The position numbers were made by a program, and so were the translations under genes. 64,000 nucleotides of DNA from Nitrososphaerota archaeon (GTDB lineage Archaea; Thermoproteota; Nitrososphaeria; Conexivisphaerales; UBA164): positions 5,684 to 69,683 of the forward strand of contig WYER01000008.1 in the NCBI GenBank assembly GCA_009903795.1, in the 5' to 3' direction. This document shows, piece by piece, positions 8,662 through 17,183 of the stretch (position 1 is the stretch's first letter; every line of letters begins with the position of its first letter). Under the pieces are notes generated by a model. The model saw nothing but the letters and a program-made list of their open reading frames with translations, was not told where the DNA came from and did no database searches.

Positions 8662-9039
8662 ATGGTGTCAATCATAAAGATAGAAAGGGAAAGCTTAAGC
8701 CCTTTAAAGGGAAAAGCGCTGGATCTTGATGGATACTATTATAAGTTGTATAAAAACGGTAAGCTTTTAGCCTCTTTTGATTTAATAGAAATTATTAATT
8801 CATTGGTTGACTCGCTTTTAGAATCGAAAGAACTGTACATAATTTCATACGATACTTTAAGTTTTATGTTTATGAAAAAGTATGGAAGAAGAAGGTACAA
8901 ACTTTTTTTAAGCAATTTTTTGCGCGCGATAAGAGTTCTGGAGTGTTCAACAAATGTGAAAGCTATTTTCATAAGGTATTCATCACCTATGAAGAAAGAT
9001 CCAGGAAATTTAGAAGATTACTCAAAAGATTGCTATTAA
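8662..9039 (+). CDS. hypothetical protein (125 aa)
   Basis: ORF abuts the pmbA stop. No recognisable motifs. Confidence 0.35.
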   Translation: MVSIIKIERESLSPLKGKALDLDGYYYKLYKNGKLLASFDLIEIINSLVDSLLESKELYIISYDTLSFMFMKKYGRRRYKLFLSNFLRAIRVLECSTNVKAIFIRYSSPMKKDPGNLEDYSKDCY

Positions 9040-9200
9040 ATAGCTTTTACTTGCCTTACCATAGGAGGCCTATCTTTTTTAAGCACTCTGTAACCGCATA
9101 TGCACTTAATCTCTGGTAAAGATTCGAGCTCGCTCAAAGGCGTCTTTCTTCCGCATCTCATACAAACGAAAAGTATACCCGCTTTTTCCTCTTCTGACAT
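9036..9200 (-). CDS. rpoP: DNA-directed RNA polymerase subunit P (Rpo12/RPABC4)
   Basis: 54-aa ORF below the track cutoff: MSEEEKAGILFVCMRCGRKTPLSELESLPEIKCICGYRVLKKDRPPMVRQVKAI. Zinc ribbon with the typical ...VKAI C-terminus of archaeal RpoP. Confidence 0.8.
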   Translation of the reverse strand: MSEEEKAGILFVCMRCGRKTPLSELESLPEIKCICGYRVLKKDRPPMVRQVKAI

Positions 9201-9222
9201 GCTAAAAAACTTTTTATATGCC

Positions 9223-10314
9223 CTAATTTAAGCTTTCTTTTAAAATCGCTGTTACTTTTTTTATTATGTCTTCGTTAACAATTGGATTGACAGGTAGCGA
9301 TAAGGTTGTTTTTGAAACCATTTCTGTCTTTGGTAAGGGCCCTCCATAGCTATAAGATGGGGTCTTGTGCACAGGCGGATCATAGTAAACTCTAGCATCT
9401 ATCCCTTCCCGTTTTAGATTTTCTAGCGCCTTCTGTCTTTTTGGATGAAGAATCGTAAAAAGGTACCAGTTGTACTTTGCTCCATCTCTTATCGGAGGTA
9501 ATGTTATTTTATCTGAAAGTTCCATAAGATACTTAAGATAAATGAATGCATTCTTTTCGCGTGCTACGAGGAACTGAGGTAAACGTTTAAGCTGAACGCT
9601 GCCTATTGCAGCGTTTATTTGAGGCATTCTAAAATTAAGCCCAAAAGTTGTTATTGAGCCCGTCTTATCAAATCCATGGTTTCTTATCTTTCTTAGCGAA
9701 TCAGCAAGTTCATCGTCATTTGTAGCTATAGCGCCACCCTCCCCAGTTGTCATAACTTTACCCGGATAAAAGCTAAAACATCCCATTTTTGATAAAGTGC
9801 CGCTCATTTTTCCCTTATAAGAACTTCCGAGAGACTGAGCAGCGTCCTCAATAACAGTTATACCAAATTCTTCCGCTATCTCAAGAATTTCATCCATGTT
9901 CGCTACATGGCCGTATAAATGAACAGGAATTATTGCCTTCACGCGTTTATTGATTTTTTTTCTTATTTCTTTTGCGTCTATCGTATAATAATTATCTATA
10001 TCTACAAAAACAGGTCTGGCTCCTACAGCTTTAACCGCGTTCGCTGTTGCCACAAATGTAAGGGAAGGAATTATAACTTCATCACCTGGTTCTATTTTTG
10101 CAGCATAAAGCGACGCGATAAGAGCCGCTGTACCTGAGCTAACAGCTATAACATGTTTTACGTTTAAATATGACTCAAGCGCCGTTTCAAATTCTCTAAC
10201 GTATTTACCACCTTCATAAGATTGATCTGTAAAGTATCGTTCGCTTATTACTTTTTGAACGATTTCTTCTTCTTCTTTATCCATTATTGGAGTGTTTATA
10301 GGTACTTTAAACAT
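9223..10314 (-). CDS. DegT/DnrJ/EryC1/StrS-family PLP-dependent sugar aminotransferase
   Basis: Family-typical FE..L..YL..KH.IAVSSGTAAL, ...PSLTFVATANA..., ...FSFYPGK (PLP Lys). Confidence 0.85.
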   Translation of the reverse strand: MFKVPINTPIMDKEEEEIVQKVISERYFTDQSYEGGKYVREFETALESYLNVKHVIAVSSGTAALIASLYAAKIEPGDEVIIPSLTFVATANAVKAVGARPVFVDIDNYYTIDAKEIRKKINKRVKAIIPVHLYGHVANMDEILEIAEEFGITVIEDAAQSLGSSYKGKMSGTLSKMGCFSFYPGKVMTTGEGGAIATNDDELADSLRKIRNHGFDKTGSITTFGLNFRMPQINAAIGSVQLKRLPQFLVAREKNAFIYLKYLMELSDKITLPPIRDGAKYNWYLFTILHPKRQKALENLKREGIDARVYYDPPVHKTPSYSYGGPLPKTEMVSKTTLSLPVNPIVNEDIIKKVTAILKESLN

Positions 10315-10363
10315 TAGTTATATTATATAGTTAAAACTTTTCTTAAACATTTCTGATTTAAGG

Positions 10364-10579
10364 GTTTATGAACTACCAAAACCAGCCCTAAGGGCTGGTC
10401 TTCGCGGTTCATCGATAAGCTTACGTGTGGAATGCAAGCATTCCCTCATCGCAGAGGCGTTTTTATCCCACATATCTCCCCTACCTTCTATAGAGAAAGC
10501 CCATTTGGGCATCAATCTCTCAAAAATACAAAATCATTGTAAGTAGCTATCAAAAGTTCACGGAGGGTGACTTTCGTCC
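10364..10579 (+). repeat. repeat family A, copy 1 (most intact; two perfect hairpins)
   Basis: Aligns by eye along ~200 nt with 22366-22555, and with 58244-58312 over the 5' third. Confidence 0.65.
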
Positions 10580-11139
10580 TTTATTTCATGATACTTTAAA
10601 AACGTTCTTGCTATCATTTTTGAAACCCTTAAAGGTTCAGGCGTCTTTCCGCTTATAACAAAACTCTTTAATATGTGCTTAACTTCAAATTCATCAGCTC
10701 CCGCAAATCTAACCCAATAATCGTATCCCAGAACAGAAATTTTACGTTGAGGCCCAAGCTTTCTATAAAGCTCTAGTTTATCTAATTGATTGTTTTTTAT
10801 GAACGTTTCTTGTAGATCTTTCCCCTTTTTGGATGTTACACATATAATTGGCATGTTTAACTCGCTGCTTATATGTATGTAATCTACTATGTTGTACATG
10901 CTTAAGATACAGCCGTCTATCATTATGCAAGAAACATCATTCCTTTTAAGGGTATAAAAACCATCTATGATCTTTTCTGTGGCGTCATTGCCTCCAATTT
11001 TTAGGTTTTTAACAAACAACGCATCTAAAACCAAATCTTTTCTCATTACGGTCCCAACTAAGTAGCTTACATCTTGCTTTAGGTCGAATGATTCAGAGAT
11101 ACCAAGCACTCTTGCTTTTTCTTTAAACAGGTTTGGCAA
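10558..11139 (-). CDS. DUF99/UPF0215-family protein
   Basis: RVLGISESF...YLVGTVMRKD...KIGGNDATEKI...IMIDGCILSMYNIVD...PIICV matches the DUF99 pattern. Confidence 0.7.
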   Translation of the reverse strand: MPNLFKEKARVLGISESFDLKQDVSYLVGTVMRKDLVLDALFVKNLKIGGNDATEKIIDGFYTLKRNDVSCIMIDGCILSMYNIVDYIHISSELNMPIICVTSKKGKDLQETFIKNNQLDKLELYRKLGPQRKISVLGYDYWVRFAGADEFEVKHILKSFVISGKTPEPLRVSKMIARTFLKYHEIKDESHPP

Positions 11140-11141
11140 TT

Positions 11142-11489
11142 CTAATAATTATCAGTAAATTTGTAAATGATTAAAAAGCTAACGCCGTCAATTACCCTTA
11201 CTGATTCCTTAGCTCCAAAGCCCATTTTTAAAGCAAACTCAACAGATCTGTTTCCAACTAAATTTATTATTGAATTATTTAAAATTAAATCTTTTAACTG
11301 CATTTCATAAACTTTTTCTCCTAAAAAATATCTTGGATCAAGATATAACGAAAAGCTTCCCTCAGTAAGCTTTTTACCAATCAGTTCTTCATCTATAATG
11401 TTAAGTACTTTATAATTCCCGGAAGCTTTTATATTTATTATAAATCCTGGTTCTTTAGCCAACTGGCGATTTTGCACCACAGGCTTCAC
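11142..11489 (-). CDS. DUF424-family protein
   Basis: VLNIIDEELIGKKL.EG...LYLDPRYF.GE... pattern. Conserved archaeal neighbour of aIF2-beta. The true start is probably internal because the ORF overlaps the upstream gene by 35 nt. Confidence 0.6.
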   Translation of the reverse strand: MKPVVQNRQLAKEPGFIINIKASGNYKVLNIIDEELIGKKLTEGSFSLYLDPRYFLGEKVYEMQLKDLILNNSIINLVGNRSVEFALKMGFGAKESVRVIDGVSFLIIYKFTDNY

Positions 11490-11970
11490 AAACTAAGAAA
11501 GTTATCTTTCTTTCTTTAATGAGTTTTGTATCTAAACTGCCACAAACTGGGCAAGTTACATAAAGTTTAATGTAATAATTAAGGGCGTTTTTTATAGACG
11601 CAGAGTCTTTTTTACCAAAAATTGTTACTTTCCCTTCTTCATCCATAATCATTGCAGTTCCAAGCTCTTTTGCTATTATCATTATCATGTGCTTTGGATC
11701 TCTTCTAATTATATCTGCTATACTCTTAAAGTTCCGCCAGAATGTCCTGTTTCCTATGATAATAACGTCAGGAGCAGGAACGTTCAACCTTTGAGTTACT
11801 ACTGTCGAGTCCTTCCTTAAATGATCCTTTATTCTATTAATAAGATCAAAGTATGTTTGCAATTGTGATTTTGATTTTATTTTTTCCTTATAAAAACATT
11901 GCCATAAATTGGGATGCTGGACAAAATTGTTGTAAGAATTTAATATTAACAGTCTAAGCCGTTCAAACAT
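11455..11970 (-). CDS. eif2b: translation initiation factor aIF2 beta subunit
   Basis: C-terminal zinc ribbon YVTCPVCGSLDTKLIKERKITFLVCEACGAKSPV. The true start is probably TTG 11862 (MQTYFDLINRI...), giving about 135 aa. Confidence 0.85.
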   Translation of the reverse strand: MFERLRLLILNSYNNFVQHPNLWQCFYKEKIKSKSQLQTYFDLINRIKDHLRKDSTVVTQRLNVPAPDVIIIGNRTFWRNFKSIADIIRRDPKHMIMIIAKELGTAMIMDEEGKVTIFGKKDSASIKNALNYYIKLYVTCPVCGSLDTKLIKERKITFLVCEACGAKSPVG

Positions 11971-12271
11971 ATGCCTTAGAAAAAGAGAAATTAATGAACA
12001 GATGAGTGTTAAGAAGGTAAGGAAAGAATTTATAATAAATAAGTTTCATTACTTTGAAGACTATAAAGAGGAGAACTCTGAAGCCGTTGACAAGTTGTTT
12101 GGATAGGAAATAGCACAAAGAAAAGAAGATAGAATTTAGTAGTTTTATTTTGAATAGGCTATAGCATAACCTATTTTTAACCTTAACATGTAGCCATACA
12201 AAATTCTTTCATATCACACTATTTTGCGATATGTATAAATATAAGAAAAGCATAGCTGTGAAGGAAGAAGA

Positions 12272-12721
12272 ATGGCTAGGCTACATGCAAGAAGGAAGGG
12301 AAAATCTCAAAGTCATAAACCACCAGTCAGTAGACAAGCTACTTGGGTTAATATGCAACCAGAAGAAGTCGAAGCTTTAATAGTTAAATTAAAGAAAGAA
12401 GGTATGTCTAACAGCCAGATAGGAGAAACGCTTAGAGACGAATATGGTGTACCTGGCGTAAAATATGTTCTTAACAAGAGCCTTAAACAGGTTTTAGAAG
12501 AGAACAAGCTTGTTGACCCTATGCCAGAAGATCTCCTTAATCTTCTTACTAAAGCTCAAAGGCTTATAAGACACCTGCAGGTTCATAAAACTGACAGAAA
12601 AAACAAACATGCGCTAGAACTTCTTGAAGCCAAAATACATAGATTGGCAAAATATTATAAAAGGAAAGGTTTATTACCTTTAGACTGGAAATATAAGGCC
12701 GTAGTGGCACAACTTGAATGA
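12272..12721 (+). CDS. rps15: 30S ribosomal protein S15 (uS15, S13e type)
   Basis: MARLHARRKGKSQSHKP... N-terminus and 149-aa length are typical of archaeal S15. Confidence 0.9.
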   Translation: MARLHARRKGKSQSHKPPVSRQATWVNMQPEEVEALIVKLKKEGMSNSQIGETLRDEYGVPGVKYVLNKSLKQVLEENKLVDPMPEDLLNLLTKAQRLIRHLQVHKTDRKNKHALELLEAKIHRLAKYYKRKGLLPLDWKYKAVVAQLE

Positions 12722-14016
12722 CTTATAAATTAGGTTCGCAAGATAGTATATTTGATGAGATAGCTCAGTTAATTTTAAAGATAGTAAAAAATAAACGTTT
12801 TTACATCGAAACAGTAAAAACTTTAGATGGAATAGCGGCTTCTGCGATCCTTTATAAGACTCTTATTGAGCAAGGGGCTAAAGTAATTGTCAGGTTTTCT
12901 CAAGGATCAGCTAAACAATCTCAAATTCCTTCTAGCGACTATAAAATAGGGATTGGAGTAAATCTTGAAGGTGCGGACCTGCTCATTGGTATAGATAAAG
13001 GTATAACACCGGATAAATTTGGTTATGAAAGACTTTTTGGAGGATCCCTTTCAGTTATGGCTCAACTTTTGAGGGAAAAGATATCAGCAAACCCAGCAAG
13101 CACATATCATTTAGCTCTGATAGGTGCTTTCTCATCATTCCAAGATACAGGTGAGGATAGGTCTTTAAAAGGTCTTAACGAAATAGTTTTAGAAAAAGCG
13201 CTTCTAAGCAAACTCATAGTTGAAGAAGAAAAGTTTGAGCTCCCTTTTGGTGGTCTCTTACCTTTGCAGGATTCGATAGCTTTAAGCTACGATCCTTATT
13301 TTAAGGGAATTACAGGCAATCAAAACGTTGCTGTATCAATAATTAAATCTGCTGGCATAGACTACATTAAAGAAGGCAGGTTTATAAGTTTACGAGATCT
13401 TAAACCAGAAGAACTTAAAATTATTGAAAAGGCACTTGAAAGGTATTCAACAACAAAGACTTTAAAGAGAAAATCTTATAGCAGAGCATATACAGATGAG
13501 TCCTCTTTTGATTATAGTATAAGAGATATGCTTTTTATGCTTGAACCATTACTCGTAAAAAATGAGTTTACTAGGGCTTTTAATGCATGCATAGATTCAA
13601 AAAAAGAATTTAACACAGAACTTTTTTATGAAAGTGTAGAAGAAACGCGCCGCTTGATTTCTATATTTAACACGGTAATAAACACGAGAGAAAGGCTAGT
13701 CGATGAAGGATTTATCATAAGAATTGTAGGAACTGGCATGATAAGTTTATCTCAGCTAATGTTTATTTACAAATGGGTTTATAGGTGGGATGAGTCAAAA
13801 AACAAGGTTATACTTGCTGAAACAAACGAAGGACCAGAAGAAGTATTTATAACGTTAGAAAAAGACCCAATTAACGTTAATAATCTTCAACCGCTAATAG
13901 AGAAATATAATGGAAGAATAGTTAGGCAAACTCCTTTTATAATAATTTATGTAAATGTTATTAAGGCAGGTTTATTGTATGAAGATATGAGGAAAATGAT
14001 AGCCGGGGTCCCCTAA
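12718..14016 (+). CDS. RecJ-like protein with degenerate DHH motifs (possible Cdc45/RecJdbh-type)
   Basis: N-terminal ...VKTLDGIAASAILYKTL... resembles DHH motif I/II context, but no DHH/DxD catalytic motifs are visible. Overlaps the S15 stop by 4 nt. The last 15 nt overlap tRNA-Ser. Confidence 0.4.
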   Translation: MTYKLGSQDSIFDEIAQLILKIVKNKRFYIETVKTLDGIAASAILYKTLIEQGAKVIVRFSQGSAKQSQIPSSDYKIGIGVNLEGADLLIGIDKGITPDKFGYERLFGGSLSVMAQLLREKISANPASTYHLALIGAFSSFQDTGEDRSLKGLNEIVLEKALLSKLIVEEEKFELPFGGLLPLQDSIALSYDPYFKGITGNQNVAVSIIKSAGIDYIKEGRFISLRDLKPEELKIIEKALERYSTTKTLKRKSYSRAYTDESSFDYSIRDMLFMLEPLLVKNEFTRAFNACIDSKKEFNTELFYESVEETRRLISIFNTVINTRERLVDEGFIIRIVGTGMISLSQLMFIYKWVYRWDESKNKVILAETNEGPEEVFITLEKDPINVNNLQPLIEKYNGRIVRQTPFIIIYVNVIKAGLLYEDMRKMIAGVP

Positions 14017-14087
14017 CCTGGTATGGGGCAGGCCTGGAGAGCCTGTGGCCGTAATCGGCCTTGTGGGTTCAAATCCCACCCCCGGCG
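14002..14087 (+). tRNA. tRNA-Ser (anticodon GGA), class II with 17-nt variable arm
   Basis: Hand-folded cloverleaf: acceptor GCCGGGG/CCCCGGC, anticodon stem CAGGC/GCCTG with loop CTGGAGA, variable arm GGCCG-TAAT-CGGCC, T arm GTGGG-TTCAAAT-CCCAC, discriminator G. No encoded CCA. Confidence 0.9.
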
Positions 14088-14095
14088 CTTTAAGT

Positions 14096-14848
14096 TCATT
14101 TTTTAATATTAAGTTCATTTTTTATTTCATTAATAATTTTAGGAAGAACAATTTCAGCTCTCCCAGTAATTATTATGTCAGCTAAGTCGTCTTCTTCGGT
14201 CTGACCCTCGTTTATAATTATTAGCTTTGCACCTTTATGTTTGGCATACAGTGGAAGCTGGTTTGCAGGATATACAGAAAGAGAAGTACCTATAGCAAGA
14301 AAGACATCAGCTGCTTTAGACAGCTCTATGGCCTTAAAAATAACTTCCTCTTTGAGCGGTTCGCCAAAAAATATAATATCTGGCTTTAAAAGACCTTTAC
14401 AATAAGGACACAAAGGACTTTTACCAACAAAATTTTTTATAATTTCGCTTAAAGGATAAGTTTTGTTACATTGCAAGCAGACAGCTTTCTTCAAGTTTCC
14501 GTGAAGTTCTATTACGTTTATAGAACCAGCTTTTTGATGAAGTCCGTCAATGTTTTGTGTTATTACTCCGCACAATAAATTCATTTTTTCAAGTTCAGCA
14601 AGCGCAAAATGTGCAGCGTTAGGATTAACTTCTTGTTCTAATGCGAAAGTTTTTATAAAAAGATTCCAGACTTCGTCTGGATGATTTATGAAATAATTTA
14701 TTTCAAATTTTTCAGGGTCTATGGTTTTCCAGATACCCTGTGGTCCCCTAAAATCCTTTATTCCGCTAGCGGTGCTTACGCCGGCTCCAGTCAAAGCAAC
14801 AGTGCATTTGCTGTTTAAAATGATTTTAGAAACCTCTTTAATTTCCAT
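14096..14848 (-). CDS. cobB: NAD-dependent protein deacylase, Sir2 family
   Basis: GAGVSTASGIKDFRGPQGIW, QNIDGLH and two CxxC zinc pairs. Confidence 0.9.
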   Translation of the reverse strand: MEIKEVSKIILNSKCTVALTGAGVSTASGIKDFRGPQGIWKTIDPEKFEINYFINHPDEVWNLFIKTFALEQEVNPNAAHFALAELEKMNLLCGVITQNIDGLHQKAGSINVIELHGNLKKAVCLQCNKTYPLSEIIKNFVGKSPLCPYCKGLLKPDIIFFGEPLKEEVIFKAIELSKAADVFLAIGTSLSVYPANQLPLYAKHKGAKLIIINEGQTEEDDLADIIITGRAEIVLPKIINEIKNELNIKK

Positions 14849-14890
14849 AACAAATAGAATAACAAAACTCGCTCTTTAAAGTAGATCAAA

Positions 14891-15024
14891 CTTTTTAGCG
14901 CAGAAAGCATTTTAACGTTTACAGAAACAATACGCGTTCCTACTGCCTAATAATGGTAAAGTGTATTATACGTTAATGAAACATTTAAAAATCTAAGATA
15001 ACATTTGTTTTTAACGTATCGGGG
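14891..15024 (+). repeat. repeat family B, copy 1
   Basis: CTTTTTAGCGCAG...GTTTACAG...CCTAATAATGGTAAAGTGTATTATACGTTAA...AAAATCTAAGA...TTTTTAAC aligns with 20604-20735 and 27747-27875. Confidence 0.65.
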
Positions 15025-15040
15025 TTAAAAAGTTAAAAAC

Positions 15041-15754
15041 TCAGATTTGAACTTTTATTAAGGAGTCAAGAACAAATTGCGCGGCTCTTTCTAAATAATT
15101 TTTAAGTTCATCAGCGCTCAATAATTGAGTTTTCTTTAAAAGATTATTACTTACCATGAATAAAGCTCCAGCTTTGAACTTTCTTAGATTTGCAAGGCCA
15201 AAAAGGGTGTAAGATTCCATCTCCACGCCTATGTACCCAAGTTTTTTCAACTTGTTAACATAGTCTTCCGCTTCAGCATAAAAGGCGTCGTCAGAATAAA
15301 CTGGTCCTATATAGTATTTCAAATTTCTTTTTTTCGCCTCTTGTACTAAAATTTCAACTATTTCAAATGTGGGAGAAGTTGGTAAAGGTATGTCCTTTGA
15401 ATATTGCCAGATTGTGCTGCCTACAGGACCAAATGCACCAGTGGCAATTACAAGGTCCCCATAGTTCATATCAAACTCAAGGCCCCCTATAGTGCCGAAC
15501 CTTATCATTGTTTTGGCCCCAAGCGAAAACAGTTCTTCTGCAACTATCGCTATTGACGGCCCCCCTATACCGTGGCAGGAAACTGTTATCTTTTCTCCCT
15601 TGTATTCTCCCGTGTAAGTTATGTAACCTCTGTTTTCATTAACCAACTTGACATTTTCAAGCATTGTGGATAACATTTTAACTCTATCAGGATCACCTGC
15701 AAGCAAAACTCTTTCAGCAATATCTTTTTTATCCGCTTTTATATGAAGTGGCAT
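15041..15754 (-). CDS. purine/uridine nucleoside phosphorylase (PNP_UDP_1, DeoD-like)
   Basis: ERVLLAGDPDRV, SCHGIGGPS, GVEMES motifs. Confidence 0.8.
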   Translation of the reverse strand: MPLHIKADKKDIAERVLLAGDPDRVKMLSTMLENVKLVNENRGYITYTGEYKGEKITVSCHGIGGPSIAIVAEELFSLGAKTMIRFGTIGGLEFDMNYGDLVIATGAFGPVGSTIWQYSKDIPLPTSPTFEIVEILVQEAKKRNLKYYIGPVYSDDAFYAEAEDYVNKLKKLGYIGVEMESYTLFGLANLRKFKAGALFMVSNNLLKKTQLLSADELKNYLERAAQFVLDSLIKVQI

Positions 15755-15873
15755 ATTATTAGGTTCTTAAAAGGGATTATTAACGTTATTGAAAGCGTCT
15801 TTTTACGAAATTTTTTAAAAAAGTAAAATCATCATTAGACAACTTTTAATATTTCCTACAAGCAATATTATGC

Positions 15874-16158
15874 ATGCCAAAATATGAGGATATAGATCAT
15901 ATAAGCAAAAAAGTAGCAGATCTAAGCAGGGCAAGGCAGTCATTGATTGAAGAACTAGAAGCAATCATGTTTTATGATGAAAGGATAAGCGCCACTGATG
16001 ATCCTACTTTAAAGGATGTTCTTGCGCATAACAGAGATGATGAAAAGGAACATGCAACATTGTTGATAGAATGGCTAAGAAGAAACGATCCAGAATTTGA
16101 GAAGGAACTTAAGGAAAAACTATTTTCAACAAAACCGCTCAAAGACCTCGGGGATTAA
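15874..16158 (+). CDS. encapsulated-ferritin-like (EncFtn) ferritin-like protein, 94 aa
   Basis: EELEAIMFYDERISATDDPTLKDVLAHNRDDEKEHATLLIEWLRRNDPEF closely parallels the EncFtn pattern as I recall it (EELEA..WYDQR...DP.L..ILAHNRDEEKEHAAM.LEWLRR.D). Confidence 0.75.
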   Translation: MPKYEDIDHISKKVADLSRARQSLIEELEAIMFYDERISATDDPTLKDVLAHNRDDEKEHATLLIEWLRRNDPEFEKELKEKLFSTKPLKDLGD

Positions 16159-16160
16159 TT

Positions 16161-16835
16161 ATGGGCTTAAAGAGAACTTTTTTGCTAAACTTTAAGGCTT
16201 ATCCAAACAGTTACGGGGAAAAAGCCATAAGTTTAGCAAAACAGATTGATATGCTTGCTGAAAAGTATCAGCAGATAGAGATAATACTTGCTGTTCCTGC
16301 AACCATGATTGAAAGAATTTCCAGATCAGTGAAAAATGTAAAAGTATATGCTCAGCATGTTGATCCAGTAAAGGATGGTGCTTATACAGGGCATATAACT
16401 GCTGAAATGATAAAGGAAGCTGGCGCTAAGGGGAGTATGATAAATCATAGTGAAAAAAGGATAAGAATGGATGAAATTGCAGAGACAATAAAATATCTTC
16501 ACTTTGCAAGCTTAGAATCGGTTTTGTGCGTTGATAGACATGAACTTGTAGCACCAGCAGCTCTTTTATCTCCAACTTATGTTCTAGTAGAGCCTCCTGA
16601 ACTTATAGGCACAGGTATATCTGTTTCAAGAGCCAAACCTGAGGTTATAATAAAATCTGTAGAAGAAATAAACAAAGTTGGTGGAAAACTTCTTGTTGGA
16701 GCTGGAATAAGCAGTAAAGAAGACTCAAAAAGGTCTGTCGAACTTGGAGCCTCAGGCGTTGGTTTGGCCAGCGCAGTAATGAAAGATCCAAACCCTGTGG
16801 CTAAAGCAGAAGAAATAATCATGGGTTTGATGTGA
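16161..16835 (+). CDS. tpiA: triosephosphate isomerase (archaeal short type)
   Basis: 224 aa. LLNFKAY, INHSE, EPPELIGTG motifs. Confidence 0.85.
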   Translation: MGLKRTFLLNFKAYPNSYGEKAISLAKQIDMLAEKYQQIEIILAVPATMIERISRSVKNVKVYAQHVDPVKDGAYTGHITAEMIKEAGAKGSMINHSEKRIRMDEIAETIKYLHFASLESVLCVDRHELVAPAALLSPTYVLVEPPELIGTGISVSRAKPEVIIKSVEEINKVGGKLLVGAGISSKEDSKRSVELGASGVGLASAVMKDPNPVAKAEEIIMGLM

Positions 16836-17183
16836 ACAGAAAACAGCCTGAGCTGACTGTCCTAATCGCACGGTAAGTGTTTACCGGTTCGTTTTCAGGT
16901 TTTTACATGATAGATACTTTATGTTACGTAATATTGGCTAAATAATCTATTCGCCTCTAGCATGCGCTAAGCAAGCCTAGTTTACTGTTGATTTCACTAG
17001 ATCAGAATGTTAACCTTTTCCTAAACAATTCTGATTTTCCTAAAGTCTTCAAAGCTTTTAGGGCAGCGTATGTCTGCATAGATAGCTCAAAAGGTATTTC
17101 CACCAGCTTAAGCCCACAAAGTTAACATAACGTAGAAATGCAGATAAAGTTTTTAAACGATAATTGATTTTAAATTTTATCTT

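Noticed and set aside
10367-10513. 48-aa minus-strand ORF inside family A copy 1 (MPKWAFSIEGRGDMWDKNASAMRECLHSTRKLIDEPRRPALRAGFGSS)
   Set aside because: The corresponding frames in copies 2 and 3 are interrupted by stops and shifts, so the family is more likely non-coding.
16836-17183. Additional tRNA or split-tRNA genes in the GC-richer intergenic regions (also 4780-4960, 29293-29630, 45370-45680, 51664-52022)
   Set aside because: Outside the two annotated tRNAs there is no GTTCRAATC T-loop with matching acceptor stems on either strand.
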